The notes under the pieces are model-generated. The model was not told where the DNA came from and searched no databases. It saw nothing but the letters and a program-made list of their open reading frames with translations. A stretch of DNA of 64,000 nt from an uncultured candidate division Zixibacteria bacterium. GTDB taxonomy: Bacteria > Zixibacteria > MSB-5A5 > UBA10806. The stretch lies in the NCBI GenBank assembly GCA_963817915.1, contig CAWFQL010000012.1:160001-224000 (forward strand), written 5' to 3'. Each line of letters begins with the position of its first letter. Positions within the stretch are counted from its first letter, which is position 1. Positions 40,640-50,513 of this stretch are shown here, piece by piece. A program made the position numbers and the translations under genes.

Positions 40640-41707
40640 GTGAAAAAACTAACATTATTGACTATCATCATCCTGGCTATCACAGCCAGCCTGGCTTATG
40701 CCAGGAGAGAATTTACGTACGATAAAAACGATAAATTCTCTGGTAACGATACGAAACTTGTCAAGATCGACATGCCGTCAGGACAAATCGAAATCGAAAA
40801 ATCATCATCCAATGATATCGAAGTATATTACAAAAATGTCATTTTCGCTTCCGATCAGAAAGAAGCCGACGATATTCATAGTGAAGTGAAATATAAAGCC
40901 GAGACCTCAGGCGACAAGCTTACTATTACTGTCGATATGCCAAAGCATGGCCATCATGGAATGAATGTGCTCGATAGAATTTTCAGCGGAAATTGGAATG
41001 AAGACAATCAGACGTTGATCAAATTAAGAATTCCCGATGACAAAGATATCGAAATCAATTCGGCCTCTGCCGATCTGAGAGCGTCGGATATATCGATGAA
41101 TCTTGATTTCTGGTCGGCATCAAGCGATATCGATTTGGAAAATAATCGAGGTAAAATTAATTGTAATCTGGCTTCCGGTGATGTAATAATTTATGGCAAC
41201 AAAGGGTCGATATCGGTCAAGGGAGTATCATCTGATATCAGGCTCAAGGATATTGAAGGAAATATCGAAGTCAGCTCTACTTCAGGCGATGGTGAAATCG
41301 ATCGAATCAAAGGTTCGGTTGCTTTTGATTGCACTTCGGGCGATCTCAAATTTTACGATATCGACGGTGATCTTGATGTTCGTACGATTTCGGGAGATAT
41401 TTTCGTTGATAATGTTGGGGGCTCTGTTCATGCCTCATCTACTTCTGGAGATATCCGTTTGCAGGCCATGACTGCCAAAGAAGGCGATTTTGATGTCGAA
41501 TCTGTTTCGGGCGATATTTCTGCCGAGGTAAGTACGAATTTTACAGGTTCTGTTGCCGTTAATACATCGTCGGGTACAATCAGCTCCAGGCTCAACGCTG
41601 ATTTCGATAAGCATACTGATACAAAAGTTTTAGGCAGAGCAGGGGATGGCAAAGGCCGGTTGAGCGTGTCATCTGCATCCGGCGATATTACTTTGGATAA
41701 TTTTTAA
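40640..41707 (+). CDS. DUF4097 beta-strand repeat secreted protein
   Basis: GTG start after AAGGAGG, signal peptide, and repeated (T/S)SGD(I/L) motifs. Confidence 0.85.
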   Translation: MKKLTLLTIIILAITASLAYARREFTYDKNDKFSGNDTKLVKIDMPSGQIEIEKSSSNDIEVYYKNVIFASDQKEADDIHSEVKYKAETSGDKLTITVDMPKHGHHGMNVLDRIFSGNWNEDNQTLIKLRIPDDKDIEINSASADLRASDISMNLDFWSASSDIDLENNRGKINCNLASGDVIIYGNKGSISVKGVSSDIRLKDIEGNIEVSSTSGDGEIDRIKGSVAFDCTSGDLKFYDIDGDLDVRTISGDIFVDNVGGSVHASSTSGDIRLQAMTAKEGDFDVESVSGDISAEVSTNFTGSVAVNTSSGTISSRLNADFDKHTDTKVLGRAGDGKGRLSVSSASGDITLDNF

Positions 41708-41711
41708 TGAG

Positions 41712-42872
41712 ATGAAACTGCAAGCCAAAATATTACTGATTCTATTGATGACGGGAGCCGTATTTGCGGGTCCGCCTGAGCCGCCGGGTATGCCCGAATC
41801 TCCCCCTGAACCTAAGGTTGAAATTCGCATGGATTCTACCGAAAAGGTTCTCGAACGAATTGAAAAGAAAATGAAGAAGTATAATACTAATCTGGTAGAC
41901 CTCGATAGCTTGCTCAAAAATCTCGATAATAACGTTAACATAAAGAATCTTACTATCGGCGGCGATAGTATCCTCATCCTTCTCAACAACGATAGTACGT
42001 TGATTTTTCGCGATCTAAAGGATCTGCCTCCCGAGGTTGGGAATAAAGATGTTTTCCGAATCGGAAAAGATGTGACTGTCGATGAAGGGGAAGTGATAGA
42101 CGGCGATATTGTTGTAGTTCGCGGCGACGTCAGAGTCGATGGAACTGTTAATGGCGGAGTTACGGTGTTTTCGGGGAATATCTATGTGTCATCCACCGGA
42201 TATATCAAAAACGGCGCTATCGCGCTTTCCGGTAATGTCAAACAGGAGCCTGGAGCCAGAGTGGGTACTGTTCATGTCGGCATTAGAGAATCACGCGATT
42301 TGGGCACAAGCGAAAGCTCGATATATAGAATCATGGGCATTGTATTCTTGATTATCTTCATATTCTGGTGGATATTATCCGCCACTTGTTCATCGTTATT
42401 CGGCCCGAATATAAATAAGGTGGCGGAATCGGTAATTCATTTTCCAATCAAATCATATTTCAAGGGTTACCTGACATTCGTATTGGCATTCGCGGCATTT
42501 CTGGTACTAATTATTACGATTATAGGAATTCCATTAGCATTTGTGGGTTTGCCGCTGGTCATATTGGCCGGAATGATAATGTCATCGACGGCCGTCAGCA
42601 ATGTAATTGGCCAGAAAATTACTAATAGCGAAAAGTATTCATTTAGATCTTATCTTTACGGCTCGCTTATTTTAGGCGGTGCGCCGGCTATTCTTTTTCT
42701 CATACAGGCAGTCACCGGCTCGTTTGTGGCGATGGTATTTAATTGGATTTTTATCGGCATATTTATTTTGGTAATTTTGCCTATTGGACTTGGCGGCGTT
42801 TTATCCACTCGGTTCGGCACCCATCGCGATAAAAATCTCGGAACACCTGCCCAAACCGCATCACCGGCGTGA
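41712..42872 (+). CDS. Membrane protein with bactofilin/polymer-forming-like beta-helix and C-terminal TM segments
   Basis: IDGDIVVVRGDVRVDGTVNGGV repeats and the ITIIGIPLA TM region. Confidence 0.75.
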   Translation: MKLQAKILLILLMTGAVFAGPPEPPGMPESPPEPKVEIRMDSTEKVLERIEKKMKKYNTNLVDLDSLLKNLDNNVNIKNLTIGGDSILILLNNDSTLIFRDLKDLPPEVGNKDVFRIGKDVTVDEGEVIDGDIVVVRGDVRVDGTVNGGVTVFSGNIYVSSTGYIKNGAIALSGNVKQEPGARVGTVHVGIRESRDLGTSESSIYRIMGIVFLIIFIFWWILSATCSSLFGPNINKVAESVIHFPIKSYFKGYLTFVLAFAAFLVLIITIIGIPLAFVGLPLVILAGMIMSSTAVSNVIGQKITNSEKYSFRSYLYGSLILGGAPAILFLIQAVTGSFVAMVFNWIFIGIFILVILPIGLGGVLSTRFGTHRDKNLGTPAQTASPA

Positions 42873-42895
42873 AAATATCATTTATTAATTTTCTT

Positions 42896-43039
42896 GTAGG
42901 GCCTTGCTATAGCAAGGCTCTACACGCATAAACAAAAAAGGCAGGTTTTATTGGGCGCCAGTCGTCCTCGACTGCCCTCAAGGAATAAATTTTCTATTTA
43001 CTTAAATTCCCGTAGAGACGCAATATCTTGCGTCTCTAC
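42896..43039. repeat. Cluster of GTAG-type REP palindromes
   Basis: GTAGGGCCTTGCTATAGCAAGGCTCTAC (42896-42923), GTAGAGACGCAATATCTTGCGTCTCTAC (43012-43039) and a CAGTCG/CGACTG hairpin between them. Confidence 0.75.
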
Positions 43040-43049
43040 CAACGATCAT

Positions 43050-43077
43050 AAAAAAAGGCGGGCTAAACCCGCCTTTC
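43050..43077 (-). terminator. Rho-independent terminator of rpoD
   Basis: AAAGGCGGG/CCCGCCTTT stem; the upstream A-run gives a U tail on the minus strand. Confidence 0.8.
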
Positions 43078-43098
43078 AATATTATTGATATTCAATTT

Positions 43099-43953
43099 TT
43101 AATTCAAATATGCCCGCAGTGCCTTGGATCGCGATGCGTGGCGCAGTCTGCGGATCGCTTTCTCTTTGATCTGGCGAACCCTTTCGCGAGTCAGCGAGAA
43201 TCTGGCGCCGATCTCTTCCAGAGTGAGCGGCTTCTCATGATTCAAGCCAAAGTAGAGATTAATTACTTCAGCCTCCCGGGGTGTCAATGTATCCAGCGCT
43301 TTTTCGATTTCGATCCGCAATGATTCGGTCAAAAGGGATTCATCCGGCGATGGCTGCATCTCGTCTTCGAGAACATCGATAAGACTGTTATCTTCCGATG
43401 CCGAAAACGGCGCATCCAGCGACAGATGTGAATTCGAAATCTTCAAAGTATCCGATACTTCGCCTTCGGTCAATGACAACTCTTCCGCGATTTCATTTGG
43501 CGATGGTTCCCTGCCGAACTCCTGTTGAAGCGTGGAGGAAACCTTGCCAATCTTGTGAAGAGTGCCGACACGATTCAGCGGCAGCCTTACAATACGCGAT
43601 TGTTCTGCTAATGCCTGAAGTATCGCTTGTCTGATCCACCAGACTGCATAGGAAATAAACTTGAAACCGCGAGTCTCATCAAATCTCTTGGCAGCTTTTA
43701 TCAGACCGATATTACCCTCATTGATGAGGTCGGCGAGTGATAATCCCTGGTTTTGATACTGTTTTGCGACCGAAACAACGAACCGCAGGTTGGCTTTGGT
43801 TAATTTTTCAAGGGCCTTTTGATCTCCGGTCCTTATTCTTTTTGCAAGCTCAACTTCTTCAGCCGCATTAATAAGCGGGGTTTCGCCAATTTCGCGCAGA
43901 TACAGATCTAAAGATTTGTCTTCATCACGGTACCTTCTAGACGTTTTTGCCAA
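43099..43953 (-). CDS. rpoD: Short RpoD/SigA-family sigma factor (no region 1.1)
   Basis: [32 protein letters not shown] and [11 protein letters not shown] start after GGAG. Confidence 0.88.
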   Translation of the reverse strand: MAKTSRRYRDEDKSLDLYLREIGETPLINAAEEVELAKRIRTGDQKALEKLTKANLRFVVSVAKQYQNQGLSLADLINEGNIGLIKAAKRFDETRGFKFISYAVWWIRQAILQALAEQSRIVRLPLNRVGTLHKIGKVSSTLQQEFGREPSPNEIAEELSLTEGEVSDTLKISNSHLSLDAPFSASEDNSLIDVLEDEMQPSPDESLLTESLRIEIEKALDTLTPREAEVINLYFGLNHEKPLTLEEIGARFSLTRERVRQIKEKAIRRLRHASRSKALRAYLN

Positions 43954-44044
43954 AAAATCATACTCCTTTCGGACAACTTATTTTAAATCACCCAAGTAGG
44001 GTCACCGTTTACAACCATTACTACAACTGACGGGTTCCATTTAT

Positions 44045-45601
44045 TCATTGCTCTGGACTTACCGCCACAAAGATATTGCCATTGCCTCTCTTTATATAGA
44101 ACGAAATCGGCTTTTTGATGTCCTTCATATCTTTAGCAATTTTATTGAAATCACCCGCATTGGTGACATCTTTCCCGGCGACTTTGAGGACAACATCGCC
44201 AACTCTAAGCCCGGCCTCATCGGAAGGGCTTCCCGGCTGAATTGCAGTAATTAGAGCGCCCGGGCCCGCTTCCAGATTGTAAGTCTTTGCGTTGGAATCT
44301 GTTAGGGTTTCAACATTCAAGCCAAGCCATTTCTCTACCTTTTCACCGGGAGGAATGTTTGACTGACTCTGATTAACATACTTTGCGCGATCGCCGAGCT
44401 TTACTTCAACATTCTTATTCTCGCCATTGCGCCAGATACCCAATCTTATGGTGGAACCAGGGCCCTCGTCGGCAACCAGGAATCTGAACTGCTGGGCGTT
44501 ATTGATCGGCTTGCCATCGAATGTAAGTATAACATCGCCAACTTTCAAAGACGAGTTAGCCGCGGGTGTATCTTTATCTATTTGAGCCACGATTACGCCA
44601 TCGGCTGATGGCAATCCGTTGGCGTCTTTTAATTCAGGGGTTATATCTTGCGGGAAAATACCAAGGTAGCCACGAGTAACGACACCGGAATGCATGAGCT
44701 GATCAGCTACTCCTTTGGCAAGATTAATCGGAATCGCGAAACCAATTCCGATATTCCCACCCGACGGGGTCACTATAGCGGAATTCACACCGATTACCTG
44801 ACCTTTGAGATTCAAAAGCGGTCCGCCGGAATTGCCCGGATTAATTGAGGCATCGGTCTGTATATAATTTTGATACGACGGGTTTTCATCCCCAAATGAC
44901 AATCCTTTGCGGCCCTTAGCGGATACTACTCCGACCGTGACGGTTCTATCGAGCCCGAGATTCGGGAACGGATTTCCAACCGCCATTACCCAATCTCCGA
45001 CTAATATTGAATCGGAATCGCCGAGTTGGATGGTCGGAAAATTGCCGTCGTCCTTAATTTTTAGAACCGCGATATCGGTTTCGTCATCGGAACCGACTAT
45101 TTCGGCCTTGTAGCTCTTTTGATTGGATAATGTCACCGTGACCTTATCCGCACCTTTGACTACGTGATTATTTGTCATCACAAAGCCGTCATTGGAGAAA
45201 ATGAATCCTGAGCCAAGTGATTCGGATCTTCTCATTCTGGGCTCTTGCGGATTGTTGCCTCCCTGATCGGGCGGCGGTGTACCGAAGAATCGTCTGAAAA
45301 AATCATCATCCATGAAATTATGGGCTTTATCTTCCGTGACCGATTCGGCGGAAATATTGACGACCGCGGGGGTAGCGTTTTCGGCTATATGCACAAATGG
45401 CGAATGGCCGGATGTGGACATTATATCATTGTTGGAGCCATAGGAGCCGCTTTCGGTCTCCTTTTGCAGTGTTGGCGACTGTTCCGCCTTCAGTTTGTCT
45501 GGAATCGAAAGGTTCGAGCCGATTATCATTCCCATTAAAGTAAAGATTGCGGCCAGGCCAATTATGGCTATCAAACCCTTATAGTTTCCCCATCTTCTCA
45601 T
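44045..45601 (-). CDS. degP: Do/DegP-family serine endopeptidase with two PDZ domains
   Basis: TNNHVV, DIAVLK and QTDASINPGNSGGPL. Confidence 0.9.
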   Translation of the reverse strand: MRRWGNYKGLIAIIGLAAIFTLMGMIIGSNLSIPDKLKAEQSPTLQKETESGSYGSNNDIMSTSGHSPFVHIAENATPAVVNISAESVTEDKAHNFMDDDFFRRFFGTPPPDQGGNNPQEPRMRRSESLGSGFIFSNDGFVMTNNHVVKGADKVTVTLSNQKSYKAEIVGSDDETDIAVLKIKDDGNFPTIQLGDSDSILVGDWVMAVGNPFPNLGLDRTVTVGVVSAKGRKGLSFGDENPSYQNYIQTDASINPGNSGGPLLNLKGQVIGVNSAIVTPSGGNIGIGFAIPINLAKGVADQLMHSGVVTRGYLGIFPQDITPELKDANGLPSADGVIVAQIDKDTPAANSSLKVGDVILTFDGKPINNAQQFRFLVADEGPGSTIRLGIWRNGENKNVEVKLGDRAKYVNQSQSNIPPGEKVEKWLGLNVETLTDSNAKTYNLEAGPGALITAIQPGSPSDEAGLRVGDVVLKVAGKDVTNAGDFNKIAKDMKDIKKPISFYIKRGNGNIFVAVSPEQ

Positions 45602-45940
45602 TATCTCATACCTCCAATTTGAAAGTAGCTTATCATTTTAATCATTTTTTTCATCTTGTCAACTCATTTCCTTTGTTAATACCCGTATTTTTTTGAAATG
45701 TTCCATTGCCGGACTCAAAATAGACTATTTTATTCCACAATAAATCCACATCAGGCTTAGTCGTTGACATACAATGCGTTACGTTTTGGCAAAGCCGGCT
45801 TGTCAGGCCGGAGGCAATTTTGATTATTTTATATATGGAAATACTCCATTTCTGCCATTATATATACGATAATGAGATTAGCGATTTGTAAACGAACATA
45901 AACGTTTTTAAGCTGTATTAAGAGCTACCAGGGAGATAGA

Positions 45941-47305
45941 ATGAAAAGAATTAGCATTGCTTTGATCATATTAATAGCGTCGTTCGGTGTATCAAATGCC
46001 CAGCAAAAGGGGCTGGAAATATTCGACGAATTGAAATCATTGATTATCTCGGTATCGGATTCAATGAAGCCCGCGGTTGTGCATATCGAGGTAGTCAAAA
46101 AAGAAAATACCGACCGTTACGAAACCATGGGCTCGGGGTTAATTATCGATCCATCCGGGTATATTCTCACTAATGAGCATGTGGTAGATAAAAATATCGA
46201 AATCATGGTGACACTGGAATCGAATCGCGAGTATCGCGCTGACTTAATCGGCAGCGACAAACTCACCGATTTGGCTTTGATAAAGATCAATGTCCCGCCC
46301 GAAGTCAACCTCCACGCCGCCAAGCTCGGCAATTCGGATTCCGTGCAGGTGGGCGAATGGGTGATTGCAGTCGGCAATCCCTATGGCTTTGACCGCAGCG
46401 TATCATTCGGAATTGTATCGGGCAAGGGACGGGTGCTAAATGTGCCCGCGTTGACACCTCTGCTCAATGATTTTATTCAGACCGACGCGGCAATCGCGCC
46501 GGGCTCATCCGGCGGGCCATTGGTAAATCTAAAGAGCGAAGTTATCGGTATTAATTCCCGCGGGCTTGGACAAACACAAGGATTTACTATTCCGATCAAT
46601 ATCGCGATTGAAGTTAAAAACCAGCTATTGGCATCGGGAAGAATCGACCGCGGCTGGCTGGGCGTTATCACTCAGCCCTTGAATCGAAGCTATGCCAAGT
46701 ATCTCGGCAAGCCGGACATGGAAGGCATTCTGATTGCTGATATCATAGACGATTCTCCGGCGCAAAAGGCGGGTCTCAAGATCGGCGATGTTATCCAAAA
46801 ATTCGGGAATGAGACATTGAAGGCGGAAAAAGATGACGATATCAATAAATTTACCTTGATGGTATCGCAGGCACCCGCCGGACAAGAAGATCTGTTGACG
46901 ATTTATCGCGATGGCGAAATCAAAAAGCTAAAAGTCAAAATCGGTCGTCAGCCCAAAGTCAAAGCCGATGAATTCGAGACCAAGCTCGGCTTCACCGCTA
47001 AAGAGATCACCGATGATATGTATCGCAGTTATCTTTTAGAGAGCAGGAACGGTGTCTATGTATCGTATGTCGAAGTCGGCAGCGTGGCGGGGAAGGCTGA
47101 ATTGAATGAGGGCGATATTATTTCGGCGATCGATCATAAGGAAGTCGATGATTTCGCGTCATTCAAGACTGAGATTAATAAGGTATCCAACGACAATTAT
47201 ATTTTGCTTACAGTAATTCGCGGCAAGGAAAAACGATTGGCATTATTGGACAAATCAAGCGTGCCGACCGATACCACCGAGACTATCGAAAAGACCGGCG
47301 AATAG
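45941..47305 (+). CDS. HtrA-like serine protease with PDZ domains
   Basis: TNEHVV, DLALIK and QTDAAIAPGSSGGPL; signal peptide; divergent from degP. Confidence 0.9.
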   Translation: MKRISIALIILIASFGVSNAQQKGLEIFDELKSLIISVSDSMKPAVVHIEVVKKENTDRYETMGSGLIIDPSGYILTNEHVVDKNIEIMVTLESNREYRADLIGSDKLTDLALIKINVPPEVNLHAAKLGNSDSVQVGEWVIAVGNPYGFDRSVSFGIVSGKGRVLNVPALTPLLNDFIQTDAAIAPGSSGGPLVNLKSEVIGINSRGLGQTQGFTIPINIAIEVKNQLLASGRIDRGWLGVITQPLNRSYAKYLGKPDMEGILIADIIDDSPAQKAGLKIGDVIQKFGNETLKAEKDDDINKFTLMVSQAPAGQEDLLTIYRDGEIKKLKVKIGRQPKVKADEFETKLGFTAKEITDDMYRSYLLESRNGVYVSYVEVGSVAGKAELNEGDIISAIDHKEVDDFASFKTEINKVSNDNYILLTVIRGKEKRLALLDKSSVPTDTTETIEKTGE

Positions 47306-47365
47306 GTTGATGTCCGTAATTGTGCGTGGGTTCCTGATATTATCGATGAGAATGGGAGTGGGTAA

Positions 47366-48748
47366 TTGAAAGATCGGCTAACAGAAGAGACGATTCTATT
47401 TCTTAGCATTCTAAAGTGGTTTTTTCTGGCAACAGTAGTTGGCGCGTTAGTCGGTCTCTCTACGACTATATTTTTAAAAGCTCTTAATCTCGCATTTAAA
47501 TTTTCCAGCCAATATTCGCTTTATTTTATTTTATTGCCCGTTGCTTTATTTGTGAGCGTGGTACTGATCAAGTATTTGGCCCCGGACGCTGAAGGTCACG
47601 GCACAGAAAAAGTTATTGAGGCAATTCATAAAAAATCAGGCAAAATTAAGCCGGAAGTAGTTCCGGTGAAGCTTGTCGCGACGGTTATTACGCTCGCCGG
47701 GGGAGGTTCTGTTGGCAAGGAAGGTCCTTGCGCGCAGATCGGTGCCGGGATTTCTTCATTATTTGCCGATCTATTAAAACTTAATGATGTCGATAGAAAA
47801 AAGCTTGTCATCTGCGGAATCAGCGCCGGATTCGCTTCGGTTTTCGGTACGCCTATAGCCGGTGCGATATTCGGAATTGAAGTGCTATTTATTGGCAGTA
47901 TTTTGTATGAAGTTCTATTTCCGTCATTTATAGCGGGAATAACCGCATATGAAATTTCATCATTGTTGGGGATAACTTATTTTAATCATACGATCAATTT
48001 TATACCGGTTTTTAGCGAGTCATTTTTTCTCAAAGTTATAATTGCAGGTATATTCTTCGGGATATGCTCTTTCTTGATGGTTGAGACAATGAATGTCGGC
48101 AAAAAACTTGTTAACAAAATTAAAATCTGGGATCCTTGGAAGGGAATAATAGGCGGCGTAATTTTGATACCCCTGACTTTCGCTGTTTCATCAAAATACC
48201 TTGGCCTCGGGTTGGATACAATACAAACATCTTTGGAGGGCGGCAAGGTGGTCTGGTACGCATTTCTGATGAAGATGCTGTTTACCAGCGTGACTCTTAA
48301 TTTCGGTGGTAGCGGTGGAATTGTCACGCCGCTATTTTTCATCGGAGCGACTTCAGGGGCCCTTTTCGCTCAAATAACAGGATTGCATGTTGCGACTTTC
48401 GCGGCTATCGGACTTGTCGCCGTCGTGGCTGGCGCGGCCAATACGCCAATTGCAGCCAGCATTATGGCGTTGGAATTATTCGGGCCAAAGATTGGGCCAT
48501 ACGCCGCGGTGGCCTGCGTAATAAGCTTCTTAATGACAGGTCATAGAAGCGTATATCCTTCTCAAGTACTGTCGATAAAGAAATCGCCGTCACTTAATGT
48601 AACTCTCGGCAAAGAGATGGAGTTTATCGCGGATGAATTTCAGCCGAGAGTTCATTTAATTAAAAGAGCAAAGATTTATATTAAATTCCTATGGCATGTG
48701 ACGAAGAAAATCGATCGTTCGATTAGATCCGATCATGAAAAAGAATGA
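47366..48748 (+). CDS. CLC-family chloride channel/transporter
   Basis: GSVGKEGP, FGTPIAGAIF, GGIVTPLF and AANTPIA; TTG start. Confidence 0.9.
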   Translation: MKDRLTEETILFLSILKWFFLATVVGALVGLSTTIFLKALNLAFKFSSQYSLYFILLPVALFVSVVLIKYLAPDAEGHGTEKVIEAIHKKSGKIKPEVVPVKLVATVITLAGGGSVGKEGPCAQIGAGISSLFADLLKLNDVDRKKLVICGISAGFASVFGTPIAGAIFGIEVLFIGSILYEVLFPSFIAGITAYEISSLLGITYFNHTINFIPVFSESFFLKVIIAGIFFGICSFLMVETMNVGKKLVNKIKIWDPWKGIIGGVILIPLTFAVSSKYLGLGLDTIQTSLEGGKVVWYAFLMKMLFTSVTLNFGGSGGIVTPLFFIGATSGALFAQITGLHVATFAAIGLVAVVAGAANTPIAASIMALELFGPKIGPYAAVACVISFLMTGHRSVYPSQVLSIKKSPSLNVTLGKEMEFIADEFQPRVHLIKRAKIYIKFLWHVTKKIDRSIRSDHEKE

Positions 48749-48841
48749 TAATAGAAATCCATATTAGTAGGACATTCCGATTTTATTGAAAAGATTTACA
48801 TCGTCTCTTGATAGGTTTCTGCCGACGCAGCATATTTTTGT

Positions 48842-49591
48842 TCAGTTCCTAATGTAAGTAAATCCTCCCCACGTACCCGTCCCGCCCTGACCTTTGCATG
48901 AGACACTGTGGCCATCGGTAATTGGCAATAATGTGATGAAACCAAAGCCGGTTTGGAGGGATTGAATTTTCACAGGGATATTTTCGGCGGTGAAAATCAA
49001 TTTATCATCGAGGAAGAATTGCGCGGCGTTGTTATTCCTTTCATATACAACAAGGCATTTCAAAAAATCATTCTGTTTAACGGCATAGTCTACTGGTATA
49101 ACCTCGGTAAAGGCTTGTTCAAGTGTAGTCACGCCCGGCATAAAGAGTCTTTCATATATTACCCATACCTTGTGGCCATTGGTGATAATATCGAGCACCA
49201 TTCCTGTAGCGAAATCGAGAACATTGAATGAGCCAAAACCATCGCGATGGTCATCTATGTTGCCGCCATTAATCGAGGCTCGCATGTTGCATGAGAATCC
49301 GATAATGCCATCCGTGCCGGGCTCGAAACTTGACTTAGTGAGATAAAGCTGTTTGGGGTTATCGAAAAATTGAATCTGATCATGCGAGCTTGAAAATGGA
49401 TTTATATCCATCGAAAGCTGATCGCCCTCTAATAATACTTTGGCGTTCTTGTCCTGATACATCCAGAATTTGCCATCACCCAACGGCACACCCGCGATCA
49501 TCCATTGGTCGGAATTGAGTTCGTGACCAGACGCCAATGGTATCGGTACGGCCTTAGCGTTTGCCCTTAATTTTGTTTTGTTGTCATTCAT
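48842..49591 (-). CDS. Hypothetical protein (DUF6081-like, tentative)
   Basis: AAGGA RBS; beta-rich 249-aa ORF with HDQIQFFDNPKQLY and FNVLDFATGMVLD...YERL. Family recalled from memory. Confidence 0.55.
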   Translation of the reverse strand: MNDNKTKLRANAKAVPIPLASGHELNSDQWMIAGVPLGDGKFWMYQDKNAKVLLEGDQLSMDINPFSSSHDQIQFFDNPKQLYLTKSSFEPGTDGIIGFSCNMRASINGGNIDDHRDGFGSFNVLDFATGMVLDIITNGHKVWVIYERLFMPGVTTLEQAFTEVIPVDYAVKQNDFLKCLVVYERNNNAAQFFLDDKLIFTAENIPVKIQSLQTGFGFITLLPITDGHSVSCKGQGGTGTWGGFTYIRN

Positions 49592-49710
49592 ATTATTCCT
49601 TTTGATAAGACTTCATTGGAATTTGATGCAATCCTAAAAAACATGGCGGGTAAGATATGGATGGATGAGGGGAGCGCAAGACAAAATTGGGAAAGCAGGT
49701 TAAATCAAGC

Positions 49711-49834
49711 CAGATGCCGCATCAAGTGCGGAATGACAAGAGGGTCCCATCATTCCTGCGAAAACGGGAATCTAGATTTGTAGGGGCATTTGAAAAAAAG
49801 CCTGTTAACAGGGCGTTCAGTTGAACGCCCCTAC
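49711..49834. repeat. Degenerate REP elements of two families
   Basis: GATGCCGCATCAAGTGCGGAATGAC and TCATTCCTGCGAAAACGGGAATC (GTCATTCC/dRS3-like), plus GTAGGGGC...GGGCGTTCAGTTGAACGCCCCTAC (GTAG-type). Confidence 0.65.
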
Positions 49835-49979
49835 TGGAAATTCCCATTGCCGTTAACCACTCCGCTAATTTTTGTTGACTAATCAGAGCGATATGAATTT
49901 ATTGAACGCTTGGCAATGGAATCAATGATGATTCAAATGAGCGCACTATGAAAAAATACAAAATAGCTAATTGGAATTT

Positions 49980-50513
49980 ATGAGAAGCAATAAAAATACG
50001 GCATTGAAATCACGATTGAAAAAAATCGAGCTGCTTGTTTTCGATGTCGATGGCGTTCTGACAGATAATACTGTCTATATGGGCAACGGCAATTCCGAAT
50101 TCAAACGTTTCTGCATAGCCGATGGTATGGCTGTATATATCGCGCGCAGGGCGGGGATCCCGACAGCGTTAATATCCGGTCGGCCGTCATCCGCTACTAT
50201 CGCCCGCGCAAAGGAATTGAAGATAAAAGATCTTTATCAAAAAGGCGGACCGAAGCGGATTCCATTCGAAAAGCTTTTGAAAAAATACAAACTCACCCGC
50301 GATCGGGTCGCCTATATGGGTGATGATGTAATCGATGTCCCCGTGATGAAATTGGCAGGCGTCTCCGCAACAGTTCCGCATGCGCCATCGTATGTAAAGG
50401 CTCACGCGGATATTGTCACCAAACGTGGTGCTGGATTAGGCGCGGCGAGGGAATTTGTGGATATGATTATTTTGGCGAAAGGACTTGATCCTCTTGAGCT
50501 CACTTATAAATAA
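49980..50513 (+). CDS. kdsC: KDO-8-phosphate phosphatase
   Basis: FDVDGVLTD, ISGR, YMGDDVID and GAAREFVD. Confidence 0.93.
   Translation: MRSNKNTALKSRLKKIELLVFDVDGVLTDNTVYMGNGNSEFKRFCIADGMAVYIARRAGIPTALISGRPSSATIARAKELKIKDLYQKGGPKRIPFEKLLKKYKLTRDRVAYMGDDVIDVPVMKLAGVSATVPHAPSYVKAHADIVTKRGAGLGAAREFVDMIILAKGLDPLELTYK

Noticed and set aside
47306..47365. Fluoride riboswitch upstream of the CLC gene
   Set aside because: No GGCGATGG-type core, and the protein lacks CLC-F signatures.
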